64,000 bases of DNA. Source: Alphaproteobacteria bacterium. Lineage in GTDB: Bacteria; Pseudomonadota; Alphaproteobacteria; UBA2966. This document shows, piece after piece, positions 51,293 to 60,324 of the stretch. A program made the translations under genes and the position numbers. The DNA is taken from the NCBI GenBank assembly GCA_964291395.2, contig OZ219857.1:96001-160000 (forward strand), read 5' to 3'. The notes under the pieces are model-generated. The model was given only the letters and a program-made list of their open reading frames with translations, searched no databases and was not told the DNA's origin. Numbering within the stretch: the stretch's first letter is position 1; each line of letters opens with the position of its first letter.

Positions 51293-51994
51293 ATGACACG
51301 CCTGATTTCCTGGAACATCCGCCACGGCGGCGGAGCTCGTATCGAGGCGATCGCCGAAGCGATCTCGGGCCATGATCCCGACATCGCGGTGCTTTCGGAA
51401 TTCCGGCATAACCGGTTCGGTGCCCATCTGCACGAGCACCTTGCCGACATGGGCCTCGTTCACCGCCGGTCCGGACGCGCGGCACCACCAGCCAACACGG
51501 TCTCCGTCGCCTCGCGGTATCCCCTGACGCCGCTTCCCCGGACCAGACACTTGGGGCAATGGTCTCATCGGGTGGTCGCGGCACATTGTAGGGATTTTCG
51601 AATCGTTGGGCTTTATCTACCCAATCTCAAGGCGAAGCTCCCGCTGCTCGAATACCTGGTTTCCTTGCCACGCACCTACCTCAAGGAACCATCACTGCTG
51701 GTGGGCGATCTCAACTCCGGCAAACAGGGGATCGATGGTCCCGACACGTTCGTGTTTTTCGAGGGCGCGTATCTCGAGAAGCTCGAGTCCCAGGGCTGGA
51801 CGGACGGGTTTCGCCATTTCCACGGGCTCAAACAGGACTTCACCTGGTACAGCCACCGGCAGAACGGCTACCGGCTGGATTACGCGATATCGTCACCCCC
51901 GATGACCAACCGCCTTCGTGGCGCCTGGCACTCCCATCCGGAACGCGAGGCTGGCTTATCGGATCATTCAATCCTGATCGTCGACTTCGACTAG
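51293..51994 (+). CDS. Exonuclease-endonuclease-phosphatase (ExoIII/APE-like) protein
   Basis: SWNI, LSE, YLPN, GDLN, TWYS, RLDY, SDH. Confidence 0.88.
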   Translation: MTRLISWNIRHGGGARIEAIAEAISGHDPDIAVLSEFRHNRFGAHLHEHLADMGLVHRRSGRAAPPANTVSVASRYPLTPLPRTRHLGQWSHRVVAAHCRDFRIVGLYLPNLKAKLPLLEYLVSLPRTYLKEPSLLVGDLNSGKQGIDGPDTFVFFEGAYLEKLESQGWTDGFRHFHGLKQDFTWYSHRQNGYRLDYAISSPPMTNRLRGAWHSHPEREAGLSDHSILIVDFD

Positions 51995-52005
51995 CGGACT
52001 CCGCA

Positions 52006-52761
52006 CTAGATCATCATCATGCCGCCGTTCACATCCAGCACTTGCCCGGTGACCCAATTGGACTGTGGCGAGGCGAGGAATACGATCGCCTGCGCGATAT
52101 CGGCGGGCATGCCGTAGCGGCCCAAGGGTACGATGGTCGACGGATCCGGCGGGCTGCCGTCGTTCACGACATCGCCCCACATCGTCCCCGTGATGGGGCC
52201 GGGCGCCACCGCGTTGGCGTAGATGCCGTCGTCCGCACTGTTGCGGGCGATGTTCTTGATTAGGGCATGGACCGCGCCTTTCGACGCCGCATAGGCGACG
52301 CCGGTGGCAGCTCCGCCGAACCTGCCCGCGATCGAGCCTACGGCGACGATCTTGCCATAGCTCCGCTCTTTCATAATCGGCACGACGGAACGGGCCACGT
52401 TCATGACCCCGTACACGTTGACACCCATCACCTGGTGCCATTCCTCGTCCGTTACCGTGTCCACACGGGCGAGCGTGGCGATGCCAGCGGCCAAAACGGC
52501 GATATCGATACGTCCGTGCTCGGACATCACATCGGCCACCAGCGACTCGGCGGCAGACTTCGACGTGACATCGAGTTGTTTGTAGGCGATCGAATCATCC
52601 GCCACGAACGCATCACTCAAGTCGTGAATGTCGGTCCCCACGACAGCGGCGCCGCAGTCAGCCAACGCCCTGGCCGTTACCTGACCGATGTCACCGGTTG
52701 CTCCGGTGACGATGGCGACTTGTTCGGTGAGATCCGGTGGGCCGCTGTTGGGCATGACCAT
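52006..52761 (-). CDS. Short-chain dehydrogenase/reductase
   Basis: VTGATGDIG, YAASK, NAVAPG, VNGG. Confidence 0.92.
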   Translation of the reverse strand: MVMPNSGPPDLTEQVAIVTGATGDIGQVTARALADCGAAVVGTDIHDLSDAFVADDSIAYKQLDVTSKSAAESLVADVMSEHGRIDIAVLAAGIATLARVDTVTDEEWHQVMGVNVYGVMNVARSVVPIMKERSYGKIVAVGSIAGRFGGAATGVAYAASKGAVHALIKNIARNSADDGIYANAVAPGPITGTMWGDVVNDGSPPDPSTIVPLGRYGMPADIAQAIVFLASPQSNWVTGQVLDVNGGMMMI

Positions 52762-52797
52762 GAACGGTGTGTCCTTCTCTTTAGTTCCGACCTAACC

Positions 52798-53598
52798 TCA
52801 AAAACTCTTCAATGTGACGCCGCCGTCGACGACGATCTCCGCACCCGTAACGTACCGCGCCTCGTCTGAGGCAAGGTAAAGAGCCGCGTAGGCCACATCC
52901 CAAGCATCTCCCATTTTGCCGGCCGGACACATGGCATCGCGGTCGGCGATCGCCCTCGCTACGTCACCGTCGTAGGCTTGGCCGGCGACGCGAGCCTCGA
53001 CCAAGGGTGTGTGCATGAGCCCAGGGACCACGCAATTCGATCGCACGCCCTTGCCTGCATACTGGAATGCGACGGCGTTGCTGAACTGAATGAGGCCGGC
53101 CTTGGATGCCTGATAAGCGCAGAGCTGCCGGCCGATATTGGTCCGGCTCGCAATGGACGAGATGTTGACGATGGCGCCACCGCCCTGCTTTTCCATGATG
53201 GGCAGTACATATTTGCAGGCCAGAAAGGCGGTCTTCAGATTGAAGTCAATCTGGAAGTCCCAATCCTCCTCGGAGAGTTCCGCCGGCCCTCCGGGAATCG
53301 ATCCCCCGCAGTTGTTGTGAAGGATGTCGATGCGCCCGTATTCCCCCATGCAGGCGTTCACCATGGCTTCGACCTGGTCGGCTTTCATGGCATCGCCAGT
53401 ATGCGTCGCGCAGACGCCGCCCTCGTTCTCGATGATCCTCTTGGTCTCGGCGACGGCGGCTCCATTGATGTCCACCGCGAAGACCTTGGCGCCCTCGCGG
53501 GCATAGAGCACGGCCGCCGCTTTACCATTGCCATAGCCCTCGCCAACCGAGCCCGCACCAACCACCAGCGCGACCTTGCCTTCAATGCGTCCCGTCAT
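52798..53598 (-). CDS. Short-chain dehydrogenase/reductase
   Basis: VVGAGSVGEGYGNG, NISS, YQASK, VDGG; SD AGGAGG. Confidence 0.92.
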   Translation of the reverse strand: MTGRIEGKVALVVGAGSVGEGYGNGKAAAVLYAREGAKVFAVDINGAAVAETKRIIENEGGVCATHTGDAMKADQVEAMVNACMGEYGRIDILHNNCGGSIPGGPAELSEEDWDFQIDFNLKTAFLACKYVLPIMEKQGGGAIVNISSIASRTNIGRQLCAYQASKAGLIQFSNAVAFQYAGKGVRSNCVVPGLMHTPLVEARVAGQAYDGDVARAIADRDAMCPAGKMGDAWDVAYAALYLASDEARYVTGAEIVVDGGVTLKSF

Positions 53599-53649
53599 TA
53601 GAGCGTCCTCCCTTGCATGCCGCTGCCGGAGCGCCAGCCCCGCACCCGT

Positions 53650-53842
53650 CCAAGAGCGTTCGGAGCTTGTGGATTTTTCCAGTGCGATACCGAACGGCAT
53701 CCGACCGGACTGTAACACCGATGTTCGGGAACGGAGAAAGCCTGTGCGGACACGACTCGAGCCGGCACTCACCTCGTGCCTACTGTCGGATCAGGCGTCA
53801 TTCGTCTCCAGTGCGATCGTCGACGTTCGTTCCGGACGCTGA
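53650..53842 (+). pseudogene. Eroded C-terminal remnant of an SDR gene
   Basis: NGIRP..NTD and LLSDQASFVSSAIVDVRSGR* resemble SDR NAVRPG..DTD and LLSDEASYVTGAILDVSGGR*; no N-terminal part. Confidence 0.6.
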
Positions 53843-53937
53843 AGAACTACCAGGCTTTGCCCGGCAGGGCGCGTATGAAACACTGCGACAATATAGGGCG
53901 GACTTCAGGGGCCTGATCCGCTCTCAGGGGGAGGAAT

Positions 53938-54555
53938 ATGGAGCTTCATATCTCACCGAGCTCGCCTTATGTGCGCAAGGTTCGCGTCTCGGTTCGCGAA
54001 CTTGGTCTGGAGGACCAAGTCGAGGAGGTAATCACCGTTCCGTGGGACGAGGACGCCGATGTGGCCATGCAAAATCCCACGGGCAAAGTTCCCGCGTTGA
54101 TCACCGACGATGGCGACAGCCTGTTTGATTCACCGGTCATCTGCGAATACCTCGATTCCCTCAGCGACCGGGTGTCATTGTTCCCGTCGGCCGGTCCTGC
54201 ACGATGGGCGGCCTTGCGCCGGCAGGCGCTGGCGGATGCGATGCTGGACGCGATGATCGCGCGGCGCGTCGAGGGCAACCGTCCCGGCGACGCCGATTCG
54301 GAATACTGGATCAATCGGCATTGGTCGGCTGTGCAACGGTGCATCGATGAGATGGAACGCACCCTGCCTGACGGCGACAAACCCATCGACATTGGCGACA
54401 TTGCAATCGCCGTGGCGCTCGCTCAAGTCCTGTATCGCTTCGGCGATCAGGATTGGCGGCCGAGCCGGCCCAAGCTCGCGTCTTGGTTCGAGGAGACCGC
54501 GCAGCGCCCTTCACTCGTCAAGACCTATCCGGTTGACCACGAACGCTCCCGCTAG
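53938..54555 (+). CDS. Glutathione S-transferase family protein
   Basis: SPYVRKVR, NPTGKVPAL, DSPVICEYLD; SD GGAGG. Confidence 0.92.
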   Translation: MELHISPSSPYVRKVRVSVRELGLEDQVEEVITVPWDEDADVAMQNPTGKVPALITDDGDSLFDSPVICEYLDSLSDRVSLFPSAGPARWAALRRQALADAMLDAMIARRVEGNRPGDADSEYWINRHWSAVQRCIDEMERTLPDGDKPIDIGDIAIAVALAQVLYRFGDQDWRPSRPKLASWFEETAQRPSLVKTYPVDHERSR

Positions 54556-54581
54556 TCGTCCGAGAATCGAGCTGCGCAAGC

Positions 54582-55769
54582 GTGCCGAAGCACCTAGATA
54601 GGGCAGACAGCGTCGTTGTGGGCGCCGGCGTCATCGGCCTCGCCGTGGCCCGGCGGCTCGCCATTTCCGGTCGCGAAGTCATCGTCCTCGAACAGGAAGA
54701 CCTGATCGGCACGCACTCGTCATCCCGCAGCAACGAGGTCTCGCACGCCGGCCTCTACTACCGGCCCGACGGACCTCAGGCGATCCTCTGCGTGGCCGGA
54801 CATCGCTTGCTCGAACCCTATTGCGCCGAACATGGGATTCCGTACAAGGTGGTGGGAAAGCTCGTCGTAGCCAACGGCGAGGATGACCTCGAGTGGTTGA
54901 AAGGCATCTACGAGAATGCCCAGATTTGTGGCGCACGGGGTCTGGATTGGCTCGGCGGCAACGCGGCGCGCAATCTCGAACCCGAACTTCGATGCGACGC
55001 GGCAATCCATTCGACCCTGACGGGGATCGTCGACACGCATGCTCTGATGCTCGCCTATCAAGGCGAGGCGGAAGCGCATGGTGCCTCGATCGCTTTCCAG
55101 AGCCGGCTACTCAGCGCCCGTGTGGCGAATAATGGATTCGCCCTCGAGATCGCGACAAAGGACGGGACGCATCACCTCGGTTGTAACACGCTCATCAACG
55201 CGGCGGGGCTCTGGGCCGTTCCCGTCGCGCGCGCCATCGAAGGCACGCCTCAGGACGACATCCCGCACGTCCATTACGCCAAGGGAGCCTTCTTCTCACT
55301 TGCGGTAAAGTCGCCCTTCCGCCATCTCGTGGTGCCGTCCCAGCGTTGGATCCGCATGGGCGGGATCTACACGCTCGACATGGCCATGCGAGCCCGTTTC
55401 GGACCCGAAGAAGAGTGGATCGAAGAGGTGAACTACGATATCGATACCACGCGCTCCTCGACGGCCTATGAAGCGGTGAGGCGCTACTGGCCCGGCCTTG
55501 AGGACGGTATGCTACAGCCCGCCTATACGGGCATACGCCCGCGCCTGAATGGCCCAGGAGAACCCATGGCCGACTGGATCATACACGGTCCCGCCGAACA
55601 CGGCGTGCCCGGCCTCGTAAACCTGTACGGCATCGAGAGTCCGGGTATCACATCTTCGCTGCCGATCGCAGAAATGGTCACAGCCATGGCGGACGGACTT
55701 CCGTTCGGACAGGCGCTGGGCATGCAGCGCGCGACCAACCAATCACCGTTCGCAACCCGCAACCAATAA
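54582..55769 (+). CDS. L-2-hydroxyglutarate oxidase (LhgO)-like FAD oxidoreductase
   Basis: VVGAGVIG, SSRSNEVSHAGLYY, INAAGLWA, GIRPR, GIESPGITSS. Confidence 0.85.
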   Translation: MPKHLDRADSVVVGAGVIGLAVARRLAISGREVIVLEQEDLIGTHSSSRSNEVSHAGLYYRPDGPQAILCVAGHRLLEPYCAEHGIPYKVVGKLVVANGEDDLEWLKGIYENAQICGARGLDWLGGNAARNLEPELRCDAAIHSTLTGIVDTHALMLAYQGEAEAHGASIAFQSRLLSARVANNGFALEIATKDGTHHLGCNTLINAAGLWAVPVARAIEGTPQDDIPHVHYAKGAFFSLAVKSPFRHLVVPSQRWIRMGGIYTLDMAMRARFGPEEEWIEEVNYDIDTTRSSTAYEAVRRYWPGLEDGMLQPAYTGIRPRLNGPGEPMADWIIHGPAEHGVPGLVNLYGIESPGITSSLPIAEMVTAMADGLPFGQALGMQRATNQSPFATRNQ

Positions 55770-55783
55770 TGGAGAGCAAACCC

Positions 55784-56083
55784 ATGGCCCAAGTTGCAGT
55801 TCTCGCCCAGGTCGACATCAATCCCGCCCAAAAAGAGGCGTTCGACGCCCGTGCCCGTCGTCACTCGGCCGATTCCCAGGCCAACGAGGAAGGCTGCCTG
55901 ATGTTTCAGGTGAATACCGTGGAAGACAACCCGAATCGTTACGTCATGTACGAGATCTACGTCGACAAGGATGCCATCGAGACCCACATGAACTCCGATC
56001 ACATGAAGTCCTTCCGTTCGGATACGGCCGACATGGTGAAGGACCGTGTGATCACCATTCTGAACGTGGTCACGGAAATTTAG
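55784..56083 (+). CDS. ABM-domain (LsrG/putative quinol monooxygenase) protein
   Basis: EEGCLMF, YEIY.D..AIETHMNSDH; alternative start at 55769 overlaps the upstream stop. Confidence 0.85.
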   Translation: MAQVAVLAQVDINPAQKEAFDARARRHSADSQANEEGCLMFQVNTVEDNPNRYVMYEIYVDKDAIETHMNSDHMKSFRSDTADMVKDRVITILNVVTEI

Positions 56084-56121
56084 CGAACACCAGCGCGGAC
56101 CCTGGCCAGAGGAGATCTGCC

Positions 56122-56364
56122 ATAACCAAGCAGCTGCTTCATCTGGTGATCGGCGGCGAATTGACGGATCCCGGTGGAACAGAGTTCGCCGACCTGAACA
56201 AGGTCGAGATCGTGGGACTTTATCCGAACTATCAGAAGGCCTATGACGCCTGGCGGGGCGTGGCGATGGCGACGATAGACGATGCAAGTATCCGGTATTT
56301 CATCGTCCATGTGCACCGTCTCCTGGATCCCGGGGCGGTCGAGGAACACGGCGAACACGACTGA
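56122..56364 (+). CDS. DUF4170 family protein with apparent ATA start codon
   Basis: AGAGGAG SD followed by ATA-TKQLLHLVIGGEL...VGLYPNY..AYDAWR...RYFIVHVHRLLDP. Confidence 0.8.
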   Translation: MTKQLLHLVIGGELTDPGGTEFADLNKVEIVGLYPNYQKAYDAWRGVAMATIDDASIRYFIVHVHRLLDPGAVEEHGEHD

Positions 56365-56381
56365 GGCCCGGAATCAGCCCT

Positions 56382-57629
56382 ATGTACCAAGTGCACTTTT
56401 ACTGCTGGCACTTCATGGCCTATCCGTATCTGCCGGCGGACTTCGACGACAAGTACGAGTCAGGCTGGGTGACGGTTCCTAATTCGCTCTGGGACCATGA
56501 GCGGGTCGACACCCTCTATCAGGGGTACATCGACCAGCTCGTCTACGCCGAAGAGCTGGGCTTCGACGGCCTTGTGCTCAACGAACATCACCAGAACATC
56601 TATGGGTTGATGCCGTCCCCGAATTTGATTGCTGCGGCACTGACCCAGCGGACCGAACGGGCGAAGCTGGTGATCCTGGGAAACATTCTGCCGCTGCATC
56701 TCAACCCCCTGCGCGTGGCGGAGGAATACGCCATGCTCGACAACATGTCGGGCGGCCGCCTCATCGCCGGCTTCGCCATCGGCGGCGGACCCGAAGCGTT
56801 CAACTACGATGTGCCTCAGCCCCAGGCCCGCAGGCAATTCTGGGAGGCGGTGGATCTGGTTGCCCGTTCCTGGGTAGAGGACGGCCCCTTTCGCCATGAA
56901 GGGCGCTATTACCCGCTACGCTATGTCAACCTGTGGCCACGTCCGCGACAGAAGCCGCACCCACCCATCTGGATTCCCGGTGCTCTCAGCCTCGAAACCA
57001 TGGATGAGGTGGCAAAACGTGGCTACGACTTCTTCCTGTCATCTCGGCGCCACGATGCCGCGACTCAAAAGGCGGTCGAACGATTCGCCGACCGCGTGGA
57101 AGCCCACGGCAGCGCCTTCCACCCTTATCGCATGGGAATCCTGCTCTCCGTCTACGTCGGCGAGAGCGACGAGCAGGCGCGCGCGGAGGCCCGGGAGGGC
57201 GTCTGGTATTTCCTGCGAAATTGCGTGAAAGGACATCTCAGGAGCCGCGGCCGCAACCTCACCTTTGGTCCCGGCGTGCCGTCCGCGTCGGTGACTTCGT
57301 GGGAGGCTTACCTTGAGCGGGCCGACCCCGCGACCAACAATTTCGGCGACGTGGAAACTTGGGAGGAGCTCGACAGCTGGAGCTCGGTCATCGTCGGATC
57401 GCCCGAGACCGTGCGCAAGCGGCTCTGGCGGATGATCGAGTCATTCAAGCTCGGCACTATTCTGATCCAGTTCCATTTCGGAAACCTTCCCGACGATCTG
57501 ACGCGCAAGAGCATGAGGTTGTTCGCGACCGAGGTCGCACCGAAGTTACGGTCTGACTCGGGGGCGTTGTTTGCCGAAGAATTCCCTGCCCTCGGCGAGA
57601 TGTTGATGCGGCCCGGAGCGACGGCGTGA
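56382..57629 (+). CDS. Luciferase-like (LLM class) flavin-dependent monooxygenase
   Basis: AEELGFDG..LNEHH, PLRVAEEYAMLD.MSGGR, PRQKPHPPIW, VGSPETV, FATEVAP. Confidence 0.92.
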   Translation: MYQVHFYCWHFMAYPYLPADFDDKYESGWVTVPNSLWDHERVDTLYQGYIDQLVYAEELGFDGLVLNEHHQNIYGLMPSPNLIAAALTQRTERAKLVILGNILPLHLNPLRVAEEYAMLDNMSGGRLIAGFAIGGGPEAFNYDVPQPQARRQFWEAVDLVARSWVEDGPFRHEGRYYPLRYVNLWPRPRQKPHPPIWIPGALSLETMDEVAKRGYDFFLSSRRHDAATQKAVERFADRVEAHGSAFHPYRMGILLSVYVGESDEQARAEAREGVWYFLRNCVKGHLRSRGRNLTFGPGVPSASVTSWEAYLERADPATNNFGDVETWEELDSWSSVIVGSPETVRKRLWRMIESFKLGTILIQFHFGNLPDDLTRKSMRLFATEVAPKLRSDSGALFAEEFPALGEMLMRPGATA

Positions 57630-58438
57630 GCGTTCGCACTGTGGACGTCCGTGGCCGTGCCGTCGAGCTTATCGAGGCAGGCACCGGGGACGCTCTCGTC
57701 TACCTGCACGATATCGCCGACGTTCATGCGGCACGGCCCGGTTTGCTGCCCTTCCACGAGGCGCTGGCGAACGAATTCCATGTCATCGCGCCGGCCCATC
57801 CGGGGTGCGCGGGCAGCGACGAGAACGACGACATCGAGGAGATCGAAGACGTCGTATTTCACCTCCTGGAGGTCCTTGACGCCCTCTCGTTCGAGACCTT
57901 TGCGCTTGTTGGCGCCGGCGTCGGGGGCTGGATCGCTGCCGAATTCTCGGTCCGCTATCCCGACCGCGTCTCCCGCCTCGTTCTTCTCGGCGCTACGGGC
58001 CTCCATGTGCCGGATCAGCCGATCGGCGACATCTTCATGGCAGTCCAGTCGACGGATGGCGGAATGTATCCCGATTTCCGAAGAATGCTGTTTGCCGCCG
58101 AAGATCAGGCCGAGGCCCTCGCCATGTTCCCCGACGGCCTTGGCGAGATCGGAAACGAGATGCTGCGCTATAGGATGTTCCGCTTTTTGTCGCGCGTCGG
58201 CTTCCGACCGCCGTATCTCTACAACCGGACCCTGCGGGACCGTCTCTACCGCTACGACCAGCCGGCGCTGATCATCTGGGGCAGCGAAGACCAGTTCGTA
58301 CCCGGCACTCACGCGGACGCCTACGTCGAAGGCCTGGGCCATGCCCGGCTCGAAATGCTGGAGGGAGCCGGTCACAGCACGTGGATCGAACGGCCCGGCG
58401 ACGTCGCCGCTCTCGTGAGTGAATTCCTCAGATCCTGA
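57626..58438 (+). CDS. Alpha/beta hydrolase-fold protein lacking the nucleophile Ser
   Basis: LVYLH, HPG.AGS, GAGVGG at the nucleophile elbow, WGSED, GAGH; GTGA overlap with the LLM gene. Confidence 0.85.
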   Translation: MSVRTVDVRGRAVELIEAGTGDALVYLHDIADVHAARPGLLPFHEALANEFHVIAPAHPGCAGSDENDDIEEIEDVVFHLLEVLDALSFETFALVGAGVGGWIAAEFSVRYPDRVSRLVLLGATGLHVPDQPIGDIFMAVQSTDGGMYPDFRRMLFAAEDQAEALAMFPDGLGEIGNEMLRYRMFRFLSRVGFRPPYLYNRTLRDRLYRYDQPALIIWGSEDQFVPGTHADAYVEGLGHARLEMLEGAGHSTWIERPGDVAALVSEFLRS

Positions 58439-58525
58439 CCATCTCTCTGGTCGAATCAGGCGCTTTCCCTACGTGGACAGCAAATCGGCGGTTTCAAGCG
58501 GATCAGAACAGGAATGTGATTCCCA

Positions 58526-59254
58526 TCACAAATTGCTGCCCAGACTTGCGCCGCCGCAGACGAACACGGTCTGACCGGAGATATAGGCCGCTTCTTCCGA
58601 CATGAAGAACGCCACCGCATGGGCAACTTCCTCTGGCTTTCCGATTCGGCCCATGGGCACGCGCCGCAACAGGTCGCGGTGCTGGGGGCTGTCGGGCGGG
58701 TTGTTCTCGAGCAACATGCCAGTTTCAATGGGCCCGGGCGCGACCACGTTGGCGGTGATGCCGAAGGATGCCAGGTCCAGGGTCCACTCGCGGGCGAAAT
58801 TGACGAGACCAGCCTTGGTAGCCCCGTAGGTGGTGCGCTGCGGAACCAGACCCAAAGCATGCTCGCTGGCGATGTTGACGATACGGCCGAATTCCTGGCG
58901 CTTCATCGAAGGGATGTACGCTTGGGTCACCTGCAACGCTGTCGTCAGGTTCAGTTGCATCACGAGGTCGTATTCATCGAGGGTAATGTCATCGACTGCC
59001 TGCGGATGTGAGCGCCCCACGTTGTTGACGACACCATTGACTTCGTGGACGGCGGCAATCGCGTTCATGGCGACGGCGACAGCTTTCCGGTCGCTCAGAT
59101 CGACAGCGTGAAATATGCCGGGAAATCCGTTTTCCGGTTCGGTCCGAGCCAACCCGATAATCGTGTGACCCTCCCGGGCAAGCCGCCGCGCCGTGGCATG
59201 GCCGATTCCTTTGCTCGCGCCGGTGATGACGGTGACACGCTCCCGTCCTGACAT
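58526..59254 (-). CDS. Short-chain dehydrogenase/reductase
   Basis: ITGASKGIG, NNVG, YGATK, NVVAPG. Confidence 0.92.
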   Translation of the reverse strand: MSGRERVTVITGASKGIGHATARRLAREGHTIIGLARTEPENGFPGIFHAVDLSDRKAVAVAMNAIAAVHEVNGVVNNVGRSHPQAVDDITLDEYDLVMQLNLTTALQVTQAYIPSMKRQEFGRIVNIASEHALGLVPQRTTYGATKAGLVNFAREWTLDLASFGITANVVAPGPIETGMLLENNPPDSPQHRDLLRRVPMGRIGKPEEVAHAVAFFMSEEAAYISGQTVFVCGGASLGSNL

Positions 59255-59425
59255 CACAGCCCTTTCCGCGGTGCGCCCTGCGATCCCGTGGAACCCTTAC
59301 ACGGTGCCGAACGCCACGTGCAAGGTACGCCCGCTTGGCAGGTCCGCGACACGGCCCCTACAATCCGGTTCCGGTGATCCACCCATCCGGGTGGATCGCG
59401 AAGCTCATCGAGGGAGGCGCAGAGA

Positions 59426-60301
59426 ATGAAGAAGAAGTCGGTCGGCAATATCGAGATCGCGCGCGTTGTAGAGCTTGAGGGTACCGAATTCCGCTATCAG
59501 GGGCTGTTCCCCGATCTTTCCCAGGAAGACTTCGACGCCCATCGCGATTGGCTCGATCCACACTTCTTCGATTACGGCATCGGCCAGGTCAGGTTCAGCT
59601 TCCACGCTTTCGTCCTGAAGACCGAATACCACACCATCGTGGTCGATACCTGCATCGGCAACCACAAGAGCCGAGAGGCCCGACCCATCTTCAACATGCG
59701 AAAGGACGACCGCTTTCTCAGGGAACTGGCCAAGGCGGAGGTCGATCCGGAAGAAGTCGACTACGTCATGTGCACGCACCTGCACGGCGATCACGTGGGC
59801 TGGAACACCAAGCTCGAGAACGGCGAATGGGTTCCGACCTTTCCCAACGCCAAGTACCTCTTCTCGGAAAAGGACCTGGAATGGTTCTCCGCCATTCCGG
59901 AAGACGACGGCAATCACTGGCAGGGATATCGCGATTCAGTGCTGCCGGTGATCGAAGCCGGCAATGCCGTGGAGGTGACGAGCGACTATGCTCTGGATGA
60001 CTCGATCTGGCTCGAGCCCTCGGAGGGGCATACCCCCGGCCACTGTTCGGTGCGCCTCAAGTCGAACGATGCCGAAGCGGTCTTGACGGGTGATCTGATA
60101 CACCACCCCATCCAATGCGCGATGCCCCACGTCAACAGCGCCGCCTGTATTGATCCTCCCAAGTCGGCGGCGACACGGCAGGAGTTCATGGAGCGCTACG
60201 CGGACACTGATATCAAGGTGTTTCCGGCTCACTTCGCCGCCCCGACCGCAGGTTTCGTGACGGGGGCTGCGGACAGCTACCGCTGGAAGCCCGATCTGTG
60301 A
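59426..60301 (+). CDS. Metallo-beta-lactamase-fold hydrolase (AHL lactonase/MPH-like)
   Basis: THLHGDHVG, GHTPGH, TGDLIHHP, PAHF; SD GGGAGG. Confidence 0.9.
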   Translation: MKKKSVGNIEIARVVELEGTEFRYQGLFPDLSQEDFDAHRDWLDPHFFDYGIGQVRFSFHAFVLKTEYHTIVVDTCIGNHKSREARPIFNMRKDDRFLRELAKAEVDPEEVDYVMCTHLHGDHVGWNTKLENGEWVPTFPNAKYLFSEKDLEWFSAIPEDDGNHWQGYRDSVLPVIEAGNAVEVTSDYALDDSIWLEPSEGHTPGHCSVRLKSNDAEAVLTGDLIHHPIQCAMPHVNSAACIDPPKSAATRQEFMERYADTDIKVFPAHFAAPTAGFVTGAADSYRWKPDL

Positions 60302-60318
60302 GCGGACCGGAGGTCCGC
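60302..60318. repeat. REP-like hairpin GCGGACCGGAGGTCCGC between convergent genes
   Basis: Perfect 7-bp stem with 3-nt loop; same 15-mer occurs after rpsA. Confidence 0.45.
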
Positions 60319-60324
60319 TGCCTG

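Noticed and set aside
46203-60324. Integrative element or prophage at tRNA-Arg (or at tRNA-Ala)
   Set aside because: No integrase, transposase or phage gene, and no att duplication of the tRNA 3' end seen
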